Source: Bacillota bacterium (GTDB lineage Bacteria; Bacillota; JAAYKD01). Taken from it: a stretch of 64,000 nt of DNA. Position 1 is the stretch's first letter. Each line of letters begins with the position of its first letter. The stretch lies in contig JAAYKD010000157.1 in assembly GCA_012522585.1 (NCBI GenBank), positions 20,074 to 84,073 of the forward strand, read 5' to 3'. Below, piece after piece: positions 1-9,505 of this stretch. The position numbers and the translations under genes are program-made. The notes under the pieces were generated by a model that was not told the DNA's origin, did not search any database, and saw nothing but the letters and a program-made list of their open reading frames with translations.

Positions 1-1602
1 AGCAATCACATGGTATTTTCCGGTCAGAGTTGTACTGATTAGAGCACATTCTCTTTTTACTATGATGACGCTGATTTCCCGAGTTTTCATCTCCGTTCTG
101 ATCGCATCTTTTAGCTCATCCAGATCATAAGCATCCAGTGTCTGGACTCGTTTGACGCCCAGAGCTTTGACGATGTTTTCAATATCGATATTGGGTGCTT
201 CTTGACCATCTAAATGCAAGCCGGTTCCGGGGTTTTGTTGATGCCCGGTCATGGCGGTGATTCTGTTATCCAAGATCATGACAGTGCCCGTGTAGCCATT
301 GTAAACGGCATCGACTAAACCGGTCATGCCGGAATGGAAGAAGGTGGAATCACCAATCACTGCCACTAATTTCTCAGCTAATTCTGGGTGCACCTTTTCA
401 ATACCCATAGCCATGGGTATGGAGGCTCCCATACAGATGGTGGTATCGATGGAATCTAAGGGTGAGAGGGCTCCTAAAGTGTAGCAGCCTATGTCTCCTG
501 TGACGATAGCCCGTAGATCTCTCAGAAGGTGGAAAACGCTGCGATGAGGGCAGCCTGGGCAAAGAACGGGAGGACGGATGGGAGATTGGGGATCTAAGAC
601 CGGTTGAGCCGGTGTGATGCCTAAAATTTTATCCTTTAAAATCGTTGGAGAGAGTTCGCCGATTCTGGGTAGGAGATCTTTGCCATAAAAAGGTATGCAA
701 CCGGATGAGCCAATACAGGGAATATTAGCTGCACTGATTTGGGTTTCCATGAAGGGTTCCAATTCTTCTACAACCCAAAGCTCTTCTACTTGTTGGGCAA
801 ATTGACTGATCAAATTCAATGGCAGAGGATTGGTTGAACCGAGTTTTAAAATGGAAGCATGGGGTATAGCTTCTTTGACATAATGATAGCTGATCCCACT
901 GGTGATGATACCGATGGTCTGGTCATTCATTTCCATCTTGTTGATAGGGGAGGTTTCGTTGTATTCCTTTAGTTTTTGTAAACGCTCTTCCAAGCTGACT
1001 CGCAAGCGTCTGGCGTTAGCGGGAAGGGTAACGTTTTTGGGGAAATTCTTTTCGTAAGGAAGAATTTCTTTTTTAATCGGTTCGTCTAAAGAAACCAAAC
1101 CCTTGGTATGGGCTACTCTAGTTGTAATTCTGACCATAAAAGGCATATCAAAGGTTTCCGATAATTGGAAAGCCAGTTTGACAAAATCCTTACATTCCTG
1201 GCTGTTGGCAGGTTCCAGCAAGCCAATTTTAGCGAAGTGGGCATAAAGCCTGTTATCCTGCTCATTTTGTGAACTGTGCATGCTGGGGTCATCGGCTGAA
1301 ACCAAGACAAAGCCACCTGTTACCCCTGTGTAAGCTAAGGAGAAAAGAGGGTCAGCTGCAACATTTACTCCCACGTGTTTCATCGAAACGATAGTTCTGC
1401 CACCGCCAAAGGAGCCACCTAGGGCTGTTTCAAAAGCAACTTTTTCGTTTGAACCCCACTGCGAGATTATTTCCGGATATTGGGTAATGCTTTCCAAAAT
1501 CTCTGTACTGGGTGTTCCGGGATAGGCAACTGCTAAATGGACGCCGGCTTCATAAGCACCCCGTGCAATGGCTTCGTTCCCGGACAAAAGAACCTTTGAC
1601 AT
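1..1602 (-). CDS. iorA: Indolepyruvate:ferredoxin oxidoreductase alpha subunit (IorA), N-terminal ~534 aa; C-terminus lies beyond the left edge
   Basis: Minus-strand ORF open to the window edge. Its N-terminus translates to MSKVLLSGNEAIARGAYEAGV, and the protein contains the IorA hallmark GDIGCYTLG. An AGGAGG Shine-Dalgarno sits 7 nt upstream of the ATG (complement of 1600-1602). Confidence 0.8.
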   Translation of the reverse strand, partial: MSKVLLSGNEAIARGAYEAGVHLAVAYPGTPSTEILESITQYPEIISQWGSNEKVAFETALGGSFGGGRTIVSMKHVGVNVAADPLFSLAYTGVTGGFVLVSADDPSMHSSQNEQDNRLYAHFAKIGLLEPANSQECKDFVKLAFQLSETFDMPFMVRITTRVAHTKGLVSLDEPIKKEILPYEKNFPKNVTLPANARRLRVSLEERLQKLKEYNETSPINKMEMNDQTIGIITSGISYHYVKEAIPHASILKLGSTNPLPLNLISQFAQQVEELWVVEELEPFMETQISAANIPCIGSSGCIPFYGKDLLPRIGELSPTILKDKILGITPAQPVLDPQSPIRPPVLCPGCPHRSVFHLLRDLRAIVTGDIGCYTLGALSPLDSIDTTICMGASIPMAMGIEKVHPELAEKLVAVIGDSTFFHSGMTGLVDAVYNGYTGTVMILDNRITAMTGHQQNPGTGLHLDGQEAPNIDIENIVKALGVKRVQTLDAYDLDELKDAIRTEMKTREISVIIVKRECALISTTLTGKYHVIA

Positions 1603-1752
1603 TAAACATCCTCCTCGTCATTTTATTTTATATTTTTTCTATTCGTTATTTGTTTCCTTTCTTCCTGCTTGAGATTTTTTCAACCTGGGAAGAAAAAGCT
1701 CAGTATTAAAGGAATTGATTAATCGAAAAGGGAAAACTAAGAAAGTGAAGGA

Positions 1753-3009
1753 GTGACGAAAATGCTGTATAAATTTAAATATGATCAGAGCCAATTGGCT
1801 TTAGATATCGATCAGAAAAGAGTCTTGGCAGAAATAAAACCCGCTGTCGTTCCTATCCTAATTGACCCGGTGGTTGAAATCCATCGCAGCTTAAATAATC
1901 CAATCGGGACAGCTCCGCTCAAGGAAATAGCCAGGGGCAAGAAAAAGGCAGTCATAGTGATCAGCGATCATACCAGACCTGTCAAAACAGAGCTTTTGTT
2001 GCCGCCTCTTTTGGAGCATTTAGATGAGGCCGGACTTGATTCTAAACAAATAACCATTATCGTGGCTTTGGGTATCCATCGCCCTCTAACTGAAACAGAA
2101 TTGGAAAACTTGGTTGGCCCTAGAATTTATGAGAATTATAGGGTGATCAATCATCAGCCGGAAGCGACCAAAAATTATGGCCAGACCTCTGCCGGAACCC
2201 CCTTGGATTTAAATCCTCTTTACTATGAAGCGGATTTGCGCATCTGTACCGGCAATATTGACCTGCACTTTTTTGCCGGCTATTCTGGTGGGGCCAAAGC
2301 TATGATGCCCGGATTATCCAGCCGCCGCGCCATCTCCAACAATCATAAAATGCAATTGGACCCTCGTTCGACCAGCGGCAACCTCGACGATAATCCGGTC
2401 CGTAGGGACATCGATCAGGCAGGAGAAATAATCGGTGTGGATTTTATTCTCAATCTGGTTCAAAATGAAGAAAAAGAAATCGTTGCAGTCTGTGCCGGTC
2501 ATTTTATCCAGGCCCACCGCCAGGGTTGCCGGGAAGTTGACCGTTTGTGCAAGGTGAAGATTCCCGCCAGAGCAGATTTGGTCATAGCTTCTGCCGGCGG
2601 CTACCCGAAGGATGTCAATCTCTATCAGGCCCAAAAGGCTTTGGATAATGCTGCTTATGCTGTCAAACCGGGAGGCACAATTATTCTGATTGCTGCAGCG
2701 CCGGAGGGCTATGGAGAGGATACATTTGAACAATGGCTCTTAGATGCTAAAAAAGATCCTCAACAGGTTTTAAAACGCCTCAAGAAAGAATTTGTTTTAG
2801 GTGGCCACAAAGCAGCTGCCATAGCTCGGGTGGCAGTCAAGAATAAAATCATAGCAGTTTCTGAGATGGACCCAGAACTCATCTCTTTAGCCTTCATGGA
2901 GCCAGCCGAAAGCCTCCACCAGGCTTGGCAAGAGTTCGATGAAGAACAAGACCTGAGTATTTTAGTCATGCCCTATGCAGGCTACACACTGCCCTATGAG
3001 GAGAAATAA
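1753..3009 (+). CDS. LarA-family (DUF2088) nickel-pincer-cofactor-dependent 2-hydroxyacid racemase/epimerase homolog
   Basis: 418 aa, the typical LarA length. Residues align with the L. plantarum LarA catalytic positions: Arg75 (DHTRP), His109 (GIHRP), Lys182 (AGYSGGAKAM) and His198. Confidence 0.65.
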   Translation: MTKMLYKFKYDQSQLALDIDQKRVLAEIKPAVVPILIDPVVEIHRSLNNPIGTAPLKEIARGKKKAVIVISDHTRPVKTELLLPPLLEHLDEAGLDSKQITIIVALGIHRPLTETELENLVGPRIYENYRVINHQPEATKNYGQTSAGTPLDLNPLYYEADLRICTGNIDLHFFAGYSGGAKAMMPGLSSRRAISNNHKMQLDPRSTSGNLDDNPVRRDIDQAGEIIGVDFILNLVQNEEKEIVAVCAGHFIQAHRQGCREVDRLCKVKIPARADLVIASAGGYPKDVNLYQAQKALDNAAYAVKPGGTIILIAAAPEGYGEDTFEQWLLDAKKDPQQVLKRLKKEFVLGGHKAAAIARVAVKNKIIAVSEMDPELISLAFMEPAESLHQAWQEFDEEQDLSILVMPYAGYTLPYEEK

Positions 3010-5012
3010 TGGAAATTTTAGAGAGAATTTTTGAGCAGGACGGATTGCTAGAGCAAAATTTGTCCTATTATGAACAAAGAGAAGGCCAACTGCTGATGGC
3101 TCAAGGGGTTTATTCCGCTTTGCAAGAGGAAGAGAATCTTGCAGTCCAAGCAGGAACTGGCTTAGGTAAAACCTTTGCTTATTTGATTCCTGCCTTAATC
3201 TGGGCTCTTGAAAATAAAAAGAGAGTGGTTGTATCGACTGCTACCTTGCAATTGCAAGCCCAGTTGATCAATAAGGATTTGCCTTTTTTACATGATTTTC
3301 TCAAGCAGGAATTGAAATTCAAATTTGCTTTGGTCAAAGGTAGGAATAATTATATTTGTCTGCGAAAATTCATGGCCTTTGCCCGTGCTGGTTTACAGAC
3401 ACCTCTTTTTAGGGATAGGAGCGATGCTTCTGTCTGGGAAAGATTGAGCGAACTCTTCTATTCCGATCAATTGGTCGAAGGTGATTTAGATGAAATTCCT
3501 TTTAGGATACCGGAAAGCCTCTGGTCAGAATTGGGCTCAGAGAGTGAAATCTGCTTGCGGGGTCGCTGTCCTTATTACAATGAGTGCTTCTTTTATAAAG
3601 CTCGTCAAAAGCAAAAGGATGCCGATCTTTTAATCACCAATCACGCTCTTTTCTTTGCCGATTTAGCTTTGCGCCGAGCCAACGACTTCAATGAGGAAAT
3701 AGAAAGCGTCTTGGCCGATTATGCTGCGGTAATTTTTGATGAAGCTCAAAATACTGAAGATTATGCCACGGATTATTTTAGTCATGAGTTTTCCTATGGG
3801 AAGATTTTTTATTTTGCCATTTCTTTGCGCAATGCCATGAGACCAAATGGTATTTTACAGTGGTCCGACGAAAATGATAGTGCTCATATCGAGGCTAAAT
3901 TGGAAGTCTTGTTAAAAAAAGCAGCGGAATTTTTAATCGATTTGGCGATGAAATTCCAGGACAGAACGACCAGGTTCATGGAACCCTTTACAAGTGATGA
4001 AACAATCAGTTCAGAATTGCTCGATCTGTTTCAGGTCATAGAAGGCTTAGTCTCCTTGGCGGAGACCGATGAACAGAGGTTGACCTTGGAAAGCTATGCT
4101 CAAAGAGGAGCCTTGATCCTCAACGATTTGAACCATTGCTTAGCCGTGGAAAACCCAGAAGATTTTGCCTATTGGCTGGAAAACAGAGGGGGCAACGAGC
4201 TAAATGCTGTCAGAATAAAATCGGCACCGATTTCTTTGTCAGAAATTTTAGGCGAAAGCCTTTTCAAGCGTTTGCCGGTGATCATGACTTCAGCTACCTT
4301 AGCCTCGGAACTTCTGTTTAGAATGGGTTTGGAAAAACCAAAGTTTTTGCGTTTTGACTCGCCCTTTGATTATAAAAATCAAGCCAGACTTTATATCCCT
4401 CTTGCCGGACCGATTCCCAGCCAAAATGAAGCCTTCGATGACTTTACAGCTGAGCAAGTCTTGGAATTAGTCCAGTACAGCAAGGGTAGAGCCTTTGTTT
4501 TGTTCACATCCTACCGCTCCATGGATGCAGTTTTTGATCAATGTTCGGAGCAATTGGAAGAAATGGGTTTTAATTTGCTCAGGCAAGGAGATTATCCTCG
4601 GGAAGAAACATTGCGAAGATTTAGAGAAGGTAAGGCCAGTGTGCTCTTTGCAGTTTCCAGTTTCTGGGAAGGTGTGGACATCCAAGGAGACGATCTAAAG
4701 CTGGTAATTTTAGTTAAGCTGCCCTTTGCAGTTCCCACAGAACCAATTTTGCAAGCCAGAATGGAGGATTTAGAGCGGCAAGGCAAAAACCCTTTTTATC
4801 ACTTTACCGTTCCCATGGCTTCATTGCGCTTAAAGCAGGGCTTTGGTCGCCTGATCAGGTCAAAATCTGACAGAGGTGTGATTGCCATTTTGGATAAGAG
4901 AATCAAGACGAAATCCTATGGTCGTCGCTTTTTTAAAGACCTTCCGGTCACCCCGGTTATCCATGAGCTTTCTGAAGTTGAGGCCTTTTACAGCCTAGAG
5001 GAAAATCAATAA
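3009..5012 (+). CDS. DinG/XPD-family ATP-dependent DNA helicase with an Fe-S cluster domain and no exonuclease domain
   Basis: Walker A motif TGLGKTFAYLIPAL, DEAH-like box IFDEAQN, and a 4-Cys cluster (CLRGRCPYYNEC). The start codon overlaps the upstream stop (TAATGG). Confidence 0.7.
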   Translation: MEILERIFEQDGLLEQNLSYYEQREGQLLMAQGVYSALQEEENLAVQAGTGLGKTFAYLIPALIWALENKKRVVVSTATLQLQAQLINKDLPFLHDFLKQELKFKFALVKGRNNYICLRKFMAFARAGLQTPLFRDRSDASVWERLSELFYSDQLVEGDLDEIPFRIPESLWSELGSESEICLRGRCPYYNECFFYKARQKQKDADLLITNHALFFADLALRRANDFNEEIESVLADYAAVIFDEAQNTEDYATDYFSHEFSYGKIFYFAISLRNAMRPNGILQWSDENDSAHIEAKLEVLLKKAAEFLIDLAMKFQDRTTRFMEPFTSDETISSELLDLFQVIEGLVSLAETDEQRLTLESYAQRGALILNDLNHCLAVENPEDFAYWLENRGGNELNAVRIKSAPISLSEILGESLFKRLPVIMTSATLASELLFRMGLEKPKFLRFDSPFDYKNQARLYIPLAGPIPSQNEAFDDFTAEQVLELVQYSKGRAFVLFTSYRSMDAVFDQCSEQLEEMGFNLLRQGDYPREETLRRFREGKASVLFAVSSFWEGVDIQGDDLKLVILVKLPFAVPTEPILQARMEDLERQGKNPFYHFTVPMASLRLKQGFGRLIRSKSDRGVIAILDKRIKTKSYGRRFFKDLPVTPVIHELSEVEAFYSLEENQ

Positions 5013-5076
5013 GAAGATTTGGGTTTTGGCTAAGATTATTAATAATTGAGTTTAACTTTGTTGATGAGGAGATTTT

Positions 5077-5466
5077 ATGAGAATTTGTTTTTCCGGTCCT
5101 ATAGTAGCTGGCAGAGGTTTGGGCAAGACGGTTGAAATGCCCACTGTGAATATAGATTGGCAGGCTGAACAGCCTGAAGTTTTGCCTTCCCACGGAGTTT
5201 ACCTGAGTGAAATAACCATTCACAATCAAAAACACTATGGGCTCAGCAATTTTGGATTGAGGCCAACTGTTGACGCTGAAGATAGAGTTACCTTGGAAAC
5301 TTACCTTTTTCAATATATAGAAGGCCCCTTAGGTCAAAGGGCAGAAGTTTGCTTGCTGGAATTCATTCGCCCAACTAAAGCCTTTGCCTCTTTGCAAGAA
5401 GTAAAAGACCAAGTTGATCTTGATCTGCTCAGGGCTAAAGAGTTGATTGAAAAATCTAAAGCTTAG
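5077..5466 (+). CDS. Monofunctional riboflavin kinase (RibF C-terminal domain only)
   Basis: 129 aa with a GRGLGKT...PTVN motif resembling the RFK signature GRGxG...PTAN. No FAD synthetase domain is present. Confidence 0.55.
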   Translation: MRICFSGPIVAGRGLGKTVEMPTVNIDWQAEQPEVLPSHGVYLSEITIHNQKHYGLSNFGLRPTVDAEDRVTLETYLFQYIEGPLGQRAEVCLLEFIRPTKAFASLQEVKDQVDLDLLRAKELIEKSKA

Positions 5467-5497
5467 TATTTTGCCTTAGTATTTTCCATTCCTGTCT

Positions 5498-5526
5498 TGT
5501 CAAGGCATTTTATTCATGCTATAATT
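5498..5526 (+). promoter_or_regulatory. Sigma-A type promoter (TTGTCA-17 nt-TATAAT) driving the SRP RNA
   Basis: A near-consensus -35/-10 pair with a 17-nt spacer, just upstream of the structured RNA. Confidence 0.5.
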
Positions 5527-5539
5527 AGCTTTGCTTCAT

Positions 5540-5778
5540 CTCATTTATGGGTTGTAACGGCCAGAATTCGGTCGGTCTCTAAAGCGTTGACCTCGGGCCT
5601 CGTACGACGTTGCCCTGTGAACCTCGTCAGGATCGGAAGATAGCAGCGATAAGCAGTCCGCGCGGGTGATACGAGTCGTCTGAGTGAGTTTTCTTGCACT
5701 GACACGGTCTGAGCCCTACAACTTGAGATGGAGCTTTAATATTTTATTGAAGAAGCCGATGTATCATCGGCTTTTTTT
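5540..5778 (+). ncRNA. ffs: Signal recognition particle RNA (scRNA/ffs, long Firmicutes type), ending in an intrinsic terminator at 5752-5778
   Basis: A domain IV-like motif (GUGAACCuCGUCAGGauCGGAAGauAGCAGC) is present. The 5' segment (GGGUUGUAacGGCCAG) pairs with the 3' segment (CUGAGCCCUACAAC). Its position immediately upstream of dnaX matches B. subtilis. A hairpin (aagccgatgtatcatcggcttttttt) follows. Confidence 0.7.
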
Positions 5779-5851
5779 GTAGTCAGAGCGGTTTAACCCC
5801 TTGGCCAAATATGCTATAATTAAATCAGATAAGGAAAAAGGAGAAAATTTG

Positions 5852-7750
5852 ATGTCCTATTTAGCTTTGTATCGTCAGCATCGACCGAAAGCATTTTCTC
5901 AAATAGTCGAACAAATGCATATCGTAAAAACCCTGTCCAATGCTATTGAACTAGGGCGTTTAAGCCATGCTTATCTTTTTACCGGCCCTAGGGGTACTGG
6001 AAAAACTACAATCGCCAGAATTTTGGCTCGTTCCCTCAATTGTCAAGAAGGCCCCACTCTCAATCCATGTGGCGTTTGTGCTTCTTGTAAGAGCATAGAT
6101 GGGGGAACTTCCATCGATGTAATTGAAATTGATGCCGCCTCCAACCGAGGTATTGACGATGTCAGGGGCTTGAGGCAAAACTTACAATACATGTCCGATT
6201 CTCGCTATCGAATTTATATAATTGATGAAGTTCATATGCTGACCGAGCCGGCATTTAATGCGCTTTTAAAAACATTGGAAGAACCACCGGAAAATTCAAT
6301 TTTAATTTTAGCCACGACGGAATTGCATAAAGTACCTCTGACCATATTGTCCCGTTGCCAACGTTTTGATTTTCATCGGATCAGTCCTGAAGGGATTTTC
6401 AATCATCTCAAAGAGGTGGCTCAGCTAGAGGGCATTGAGGCAGAGGACAGTGCTTTAAGAGCCATAGCCCAAAGAGCCCAAGGGGGCTTAAGGGATGCTC
6501 TTTCTCTCTTTGATCAGAGCTTATCCTATGCCGGAAATCAAGTCAGTCTAAACGATGTTCTAGAGCTCTTAGGTTCTGTGGATGAAAGCACTTTGCTCAA
6601 GGCCATCGATCATTTGATTCAAGGAAGTTTTTTAGAAATAATCAATTTAACTGCCAAGATTGAAGGTCAGGGCAAGGATCTGGTGCGCTTTTTAAATGAT
6701 TTGATTTTGCTTTTGAAGGATTGTCTGAGCAATCCCAGAGCAGGAATAGATTTAGAAAAGGCGGAACTCGTCGAGGTTTTACAAGTTTTGATTGATACTG
6801 AGATGGAAATGAAAAGGAGTAACCAACCTAAATTGGTCTTGGAATTGGCTTTATTTAGGGGTGGTGAATTGCTGCGCTCAGGAGGAAAAATCAATCAATT
6901 GGAAGCTCGGATCAAAGCTCTGGAGGCCTTGATCAACAAAAAAAGTTCCTTCGATTTTTTCCAGCCCTCTCAGGTAAGCAAAGAAAAAGTACAGAGGGCT
7001 GACTTGAGCAAGTCAGAGCCAAAACAAGAAAAGGTACAAAGACCTGACTTGAGTGGTTCAGAGCCAAAACAAGAAAAGATGCAAAGAGCTGATTTGAGTA
7101 GCTCTGAGTCAAAACAAGAAGAAGAGCAAAGAGCAGACTTGAGTAGTTCTGAGCCAAAACCAGAGGAGATAAAAAGGGTTAAAGCAGATTTTTCCTTTGT
7201 GCCTGAATCAAAATCAATTATCGAAAGACTCCAATCCCAGACGAAAAGTAATTTACCTGCTGAAAAGGAGCCGGAAGATCAAGTAGCAGATATTGCAATA
7301 AGTCAAGCAGGCCCCCAAGATGAAGGCAACCAGCCTCTTAATTTGTTGCGGGATAATTGGGATAATATCATGGAGCAAATCTATCGAGAGAAAATTTCCC
7401 TACATGCAATCTTTAAAAAAGGTGTTATTCATAAAATTGACGAAAAAGAGCTTATAGTCGTCTATCAAAACGATTTTTTCAAAAAAGTGCTGAATAAACC
7501 TGAGAGTAAAAGTCTGATTGAAGCAGTCATCGATAAGAAGACGGGTTTAAATCTCAGCTTTAAGGCTATAACAGCAAGTGAAGCCAATGAGTATTTGCAA
7601 AACGAAATAAATCTTAACTCGGCCAGTCAAAAAGAGCAGATCATCAAAGAAAAAAAAGAACAGGATGAAAAGGAAAACTGGATCGAACAAGCAGCCTTGC
7701 TCTTTGCCGGTGCCGATAAAACTGAATTTGTAAAAAAAGAAAAAATATAA
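5852..7750 (+). CDS. dnaX: DNA polymerase III subunits tau/gamma
   Basis: AAA+ clamp-loader motifs (GPRGTGKTT) and a Zn-binding C-x-x-C pair. The AAGGAG RBS favours ATG 5852; the track ORF starts at 5801. The linker holds four 48-nt tandem repeats. Confidence 0.9.
   Translation: MSYLALYRQHRPKAFSQIVEQMHIVKTLSNAIELGRLSHAYLFTGPRGTGKTTIARILARSLNCQEGPTLNPCGVCASCKSIDGGTSIDVIEIDAASNRGIDDVRGLRQNLQYMSDSRYRIYIIDEVHMLTEPAFNALLKTLEEPPENSILILATTELHKVPLTILSRCQRFDFHRISPEGIFNHLKEVAQLEGIEAEDSALRAIAQRAQGGLRDALSLFDQSLSYAGNQVSLNDVLELLGSVDESTLLKAIDHLIQGSFLEIINLTAKIEGQGKDLVRFLNDLILLLKDCLSNPRAGIDLEKAELVEVLQVLIDTEMEMKRSNQPKLVLELALFRGGELLRSGGKINQLEARIKALEALINKKSSFDFFQPSQVSKEKVQRADLSKSEPKQEKVQRPDLSGSEPKQEKMQRADLSSSESKQEEEQRADLSSSEPKPEEIKRVKADFSFVPESKSIIERLQSQTKSNLPAEKEPEDQVADIAISQAGPQDEGNQPLNLLRDNWDNIMEQIYREKISLHAIFKKGVIHKIDEKELIVVYQNDFFKKVLNKPESKSLIEAVIDKKTGLNLSFKAITASEANEYLQNEINLNSASQKEQIIKEKKEQDEKENWIEQAALLFAGADKTEFVKKEKI
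6979..7170 (+). repeat. Four tandem ~48-nt repeats inside dnaX, encoding 16-aa units (QEKVQRADLSxSEPKQ)
   Basis: Direct reading of the sequence: aaaacaagaaaaggtacaaagacctgacttgagtggttcagagcc recurs with minor variation. Confidence 0.8.
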
Positions 7751-7829
7751 ATCTATAAAAAGAAACGAAAGGTTGATCAAGATGCGCGGAGGCAGAAACA
7801 AAGGATTTCCTCGAAGTGGAGGAAACAAT

Positions 7830-8147
7830 ATGCAACAATTGTTAAAACAGGCTCAGAAGATGCAGGAACAGATGCAAACTGATATGGTTCGCTTAGAAGA
7901 AGAGATGAAGGTCAAAACCGTTGAAGCCAGTGTAGGTGGCGGAGCGGTCACGGTTGTTTTTAATGGTCAAAGAGAATTGGTAGATTTACAGATCCAACCT
8001 GAAGTAATCGACCCAGAAGACACTGAAATGTTGCAGGATTTGCTGACTGCGGCAATCAACGAAGGCTTACGCCAGGCTAAAGAGATGTACGACCAAGAAA
8101 TGGAGAAAGTAAGCGGTAGCTTGAAAATGCCAGGGGGTATCTTCTAA
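7830..8147 (+). CDS. ybaB: Nucleoid-associated protein YbaB/EbfC
   Basis: Conserved dnaX-ybaB-recR synteny. A GGAGG RBS lies upstream of ATG 7830; the track ORF starts at 7773. Confidence 0.85.
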   Translation: MQQLLKQAQKMQEQMQTDMVRLEEEMKVKTVEASVGGGAVTVVFNGQRELVDLQIQPEVIDPEDTEMLQDLLTAAINEGLRQAKEMYDQEMEKVSGSLKMPGGIF

Positions 8148-8746
8148 TGTTTTCCTTTGGCGATTCTATGGCCAGGCTTATTTCCCAGCTCAGCCGTTTG
8201 CCCGGGATTGGTCCGAAAACTGCTCAGCGCTTAGCCATGCACATCATTCAATTGGATGATGCCAGGGTAAAGGATCTGGCCAATTCTTTAGTAGAAGCCA
8301 AAGAAAAGATGCGATTTTGCTCTCTCTGCTGTAATCTTTCAGAAACTGATCCCTGCTCCATTTGTTCAGATGAAAAAAGGGATCAGAGCACCATCTGTGT
8401 GGTCTCCGACCCTCGAGATGTCATGGCGATGGAGAAGACCAGAGAATATAAGGGTCTCTATCATGTTCTCCATGGTTCGATTCAGCCCAATGAAGGCATA
8501 GGACCCGAGAAATTAAAAATCAGAGAATTGCAAATTCGACTCTACGATGGAGAAGTAAAGGAACTCATATTAGCAACCAACCCCAATATAGAAGGGGAAA
8601 CAACTGCACTTTATCTTTCCCGCTTGATTAAGCCTTTGGGCTTGAAGATTACCCGAATAGCCCGAGGCTTGCCGGTCGGGGGAGATTTGGAATACGCTGA
8701 TGAAATCACCTTGCTCAAAGCTTTAGAAGGCCGTAGAGAAATCTAG
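8147..8746 (+). CDS. recR: Recombination protein RecR
   Basis: C4 zinc finger (CSLCCN...CSICSDE) and a Toprim domain. The start overlaps the ybaB stop. Confidence 0.9.
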   Translation: MFSFGDSMARLISQLSRLPGIGPKTAQRLAMHIIQLDDARVKDLANSLVEAKEKMRFCSLCCNLSETDPCSICSDEKRDQSTICVVSDPRDVMAMEKTREYKGLYHVLHGSIQPNEGIGPEKLKIRELQIRLYDGEVKELILATNPNIEGETTALYLSRLIKPLGLKITRIARGLPVGGDLEYADEITLLKALEGRREI

Positions 8747-8760
8747 GCAGTTTAATTTAA

Positions 8761-8880
8761 TAGCCCAAGCTTTTAGCTTTGAGTATTACCCGAATGGTCC
8801 GAGGCTGGCTGGTAATGGAGATTTGGAATTATCTGATGAAATCATTTAGCCCAAAGCTTCATAGAAAAGCAGAGAAATAT
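8761..8880 (+). repeat. Degenerate tandem duplicate of the last ~110 nt of recR
   Basis: About 80% identity to 8640-8746 (ttacccgaat.gcccgaggct.gc.ggt...ggagatttggaat...ctgatgaaatca). It contains an in-frame stop. Confidence 0.75.
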
Positions 8881-8920
8881 AAACGGTTTAACCTAGCGAA
8901 AAAAGAGAGGGTGTGTCTTC

Positions 8921-9424
8921 GTGGATCGGTCAGATTTTCTTAAAGAACAAGACCTTTTTGTCTTACAGCCCTTAGAGTCACATCAAGTGTCAGCAGCAGC
9001 TGATTTAGTTTTAGGCAACCATGTTTTCAATCGTTATAATTATAATAAAGAAATCCTCGAGGGCCTTTTGCTCAAAGGCCTCGAACAAAAGGATGTTATC
9101 TTAGCCGCTTGTGAGGGAGATGAAATTAGAGGTTTCGTCTGGATGCAGAAGCAGGCGGTCTTCGGACTCAGCGATTACATTAGGCTGATAGTTGTGGAAG
9201 CCGGTCAACATGGTCGAGGCATTGGCCAATTTCTGATGATGGCAGTTGAAGTCATAGCTCAGGAGAGCGGCCCAAATCTCTTCATCTTAACCTCTATGGA
9301 TAATTTAGCAGCTCAAAAATTCTACTTGCGTTTAGGTTACGAACACATAGGTACAATCAAAAACTATGTGATCGATGGCATCGATGAGCTTCTGTTGAGG
9401 AAAACTTGGGGATCAATCAGATAA
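8921..9424 (+). CDS. GNAT-family N-acetyltransferase
   Basis: Acetyl-CoA-binding motif (Q/R-x-x-G-x-G/A: GQHGRGIGQ) in a 167-aa GNAT fold. It has a GTG start. Confidence 0.6.
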   Translation: MDRSDFLKEQDLFVLQPLESHQVSAAADLVLGNHVFNRYNYNKEILEGLLLKGLEQKDVILAACEGDEIRGFVWMQKQAVFGLSDYIRLIVVEAGQHGRGIGQFLMMAVEVIAQESGPNLFILTSMDNLAAQKFYLRLGYEHIGTIKNYVIDGIDELLLRKTWGSIR

Positions 9425-9505
9425 ACGATTGACCTTCCCTGACCTTTCTGTTATAATTATTTATGCTCAGAAGTTTTTCTGATTTTAAATGACAGGAGGA
9501 TTATT

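Noticed and set aside
1512-1709. 65-aa plus-strand ORF at the iorA start region
   Set aside because: It is antisense to the iorA N-terminus and promoter region, and it has no RBS.
5801-5851. Extended dnaX start at 5801
   Set aside because: The AAGGAG RBS sits immediately before ATG 5852. The conserved N-terminus begins MSYLALYRQ(H)RP.
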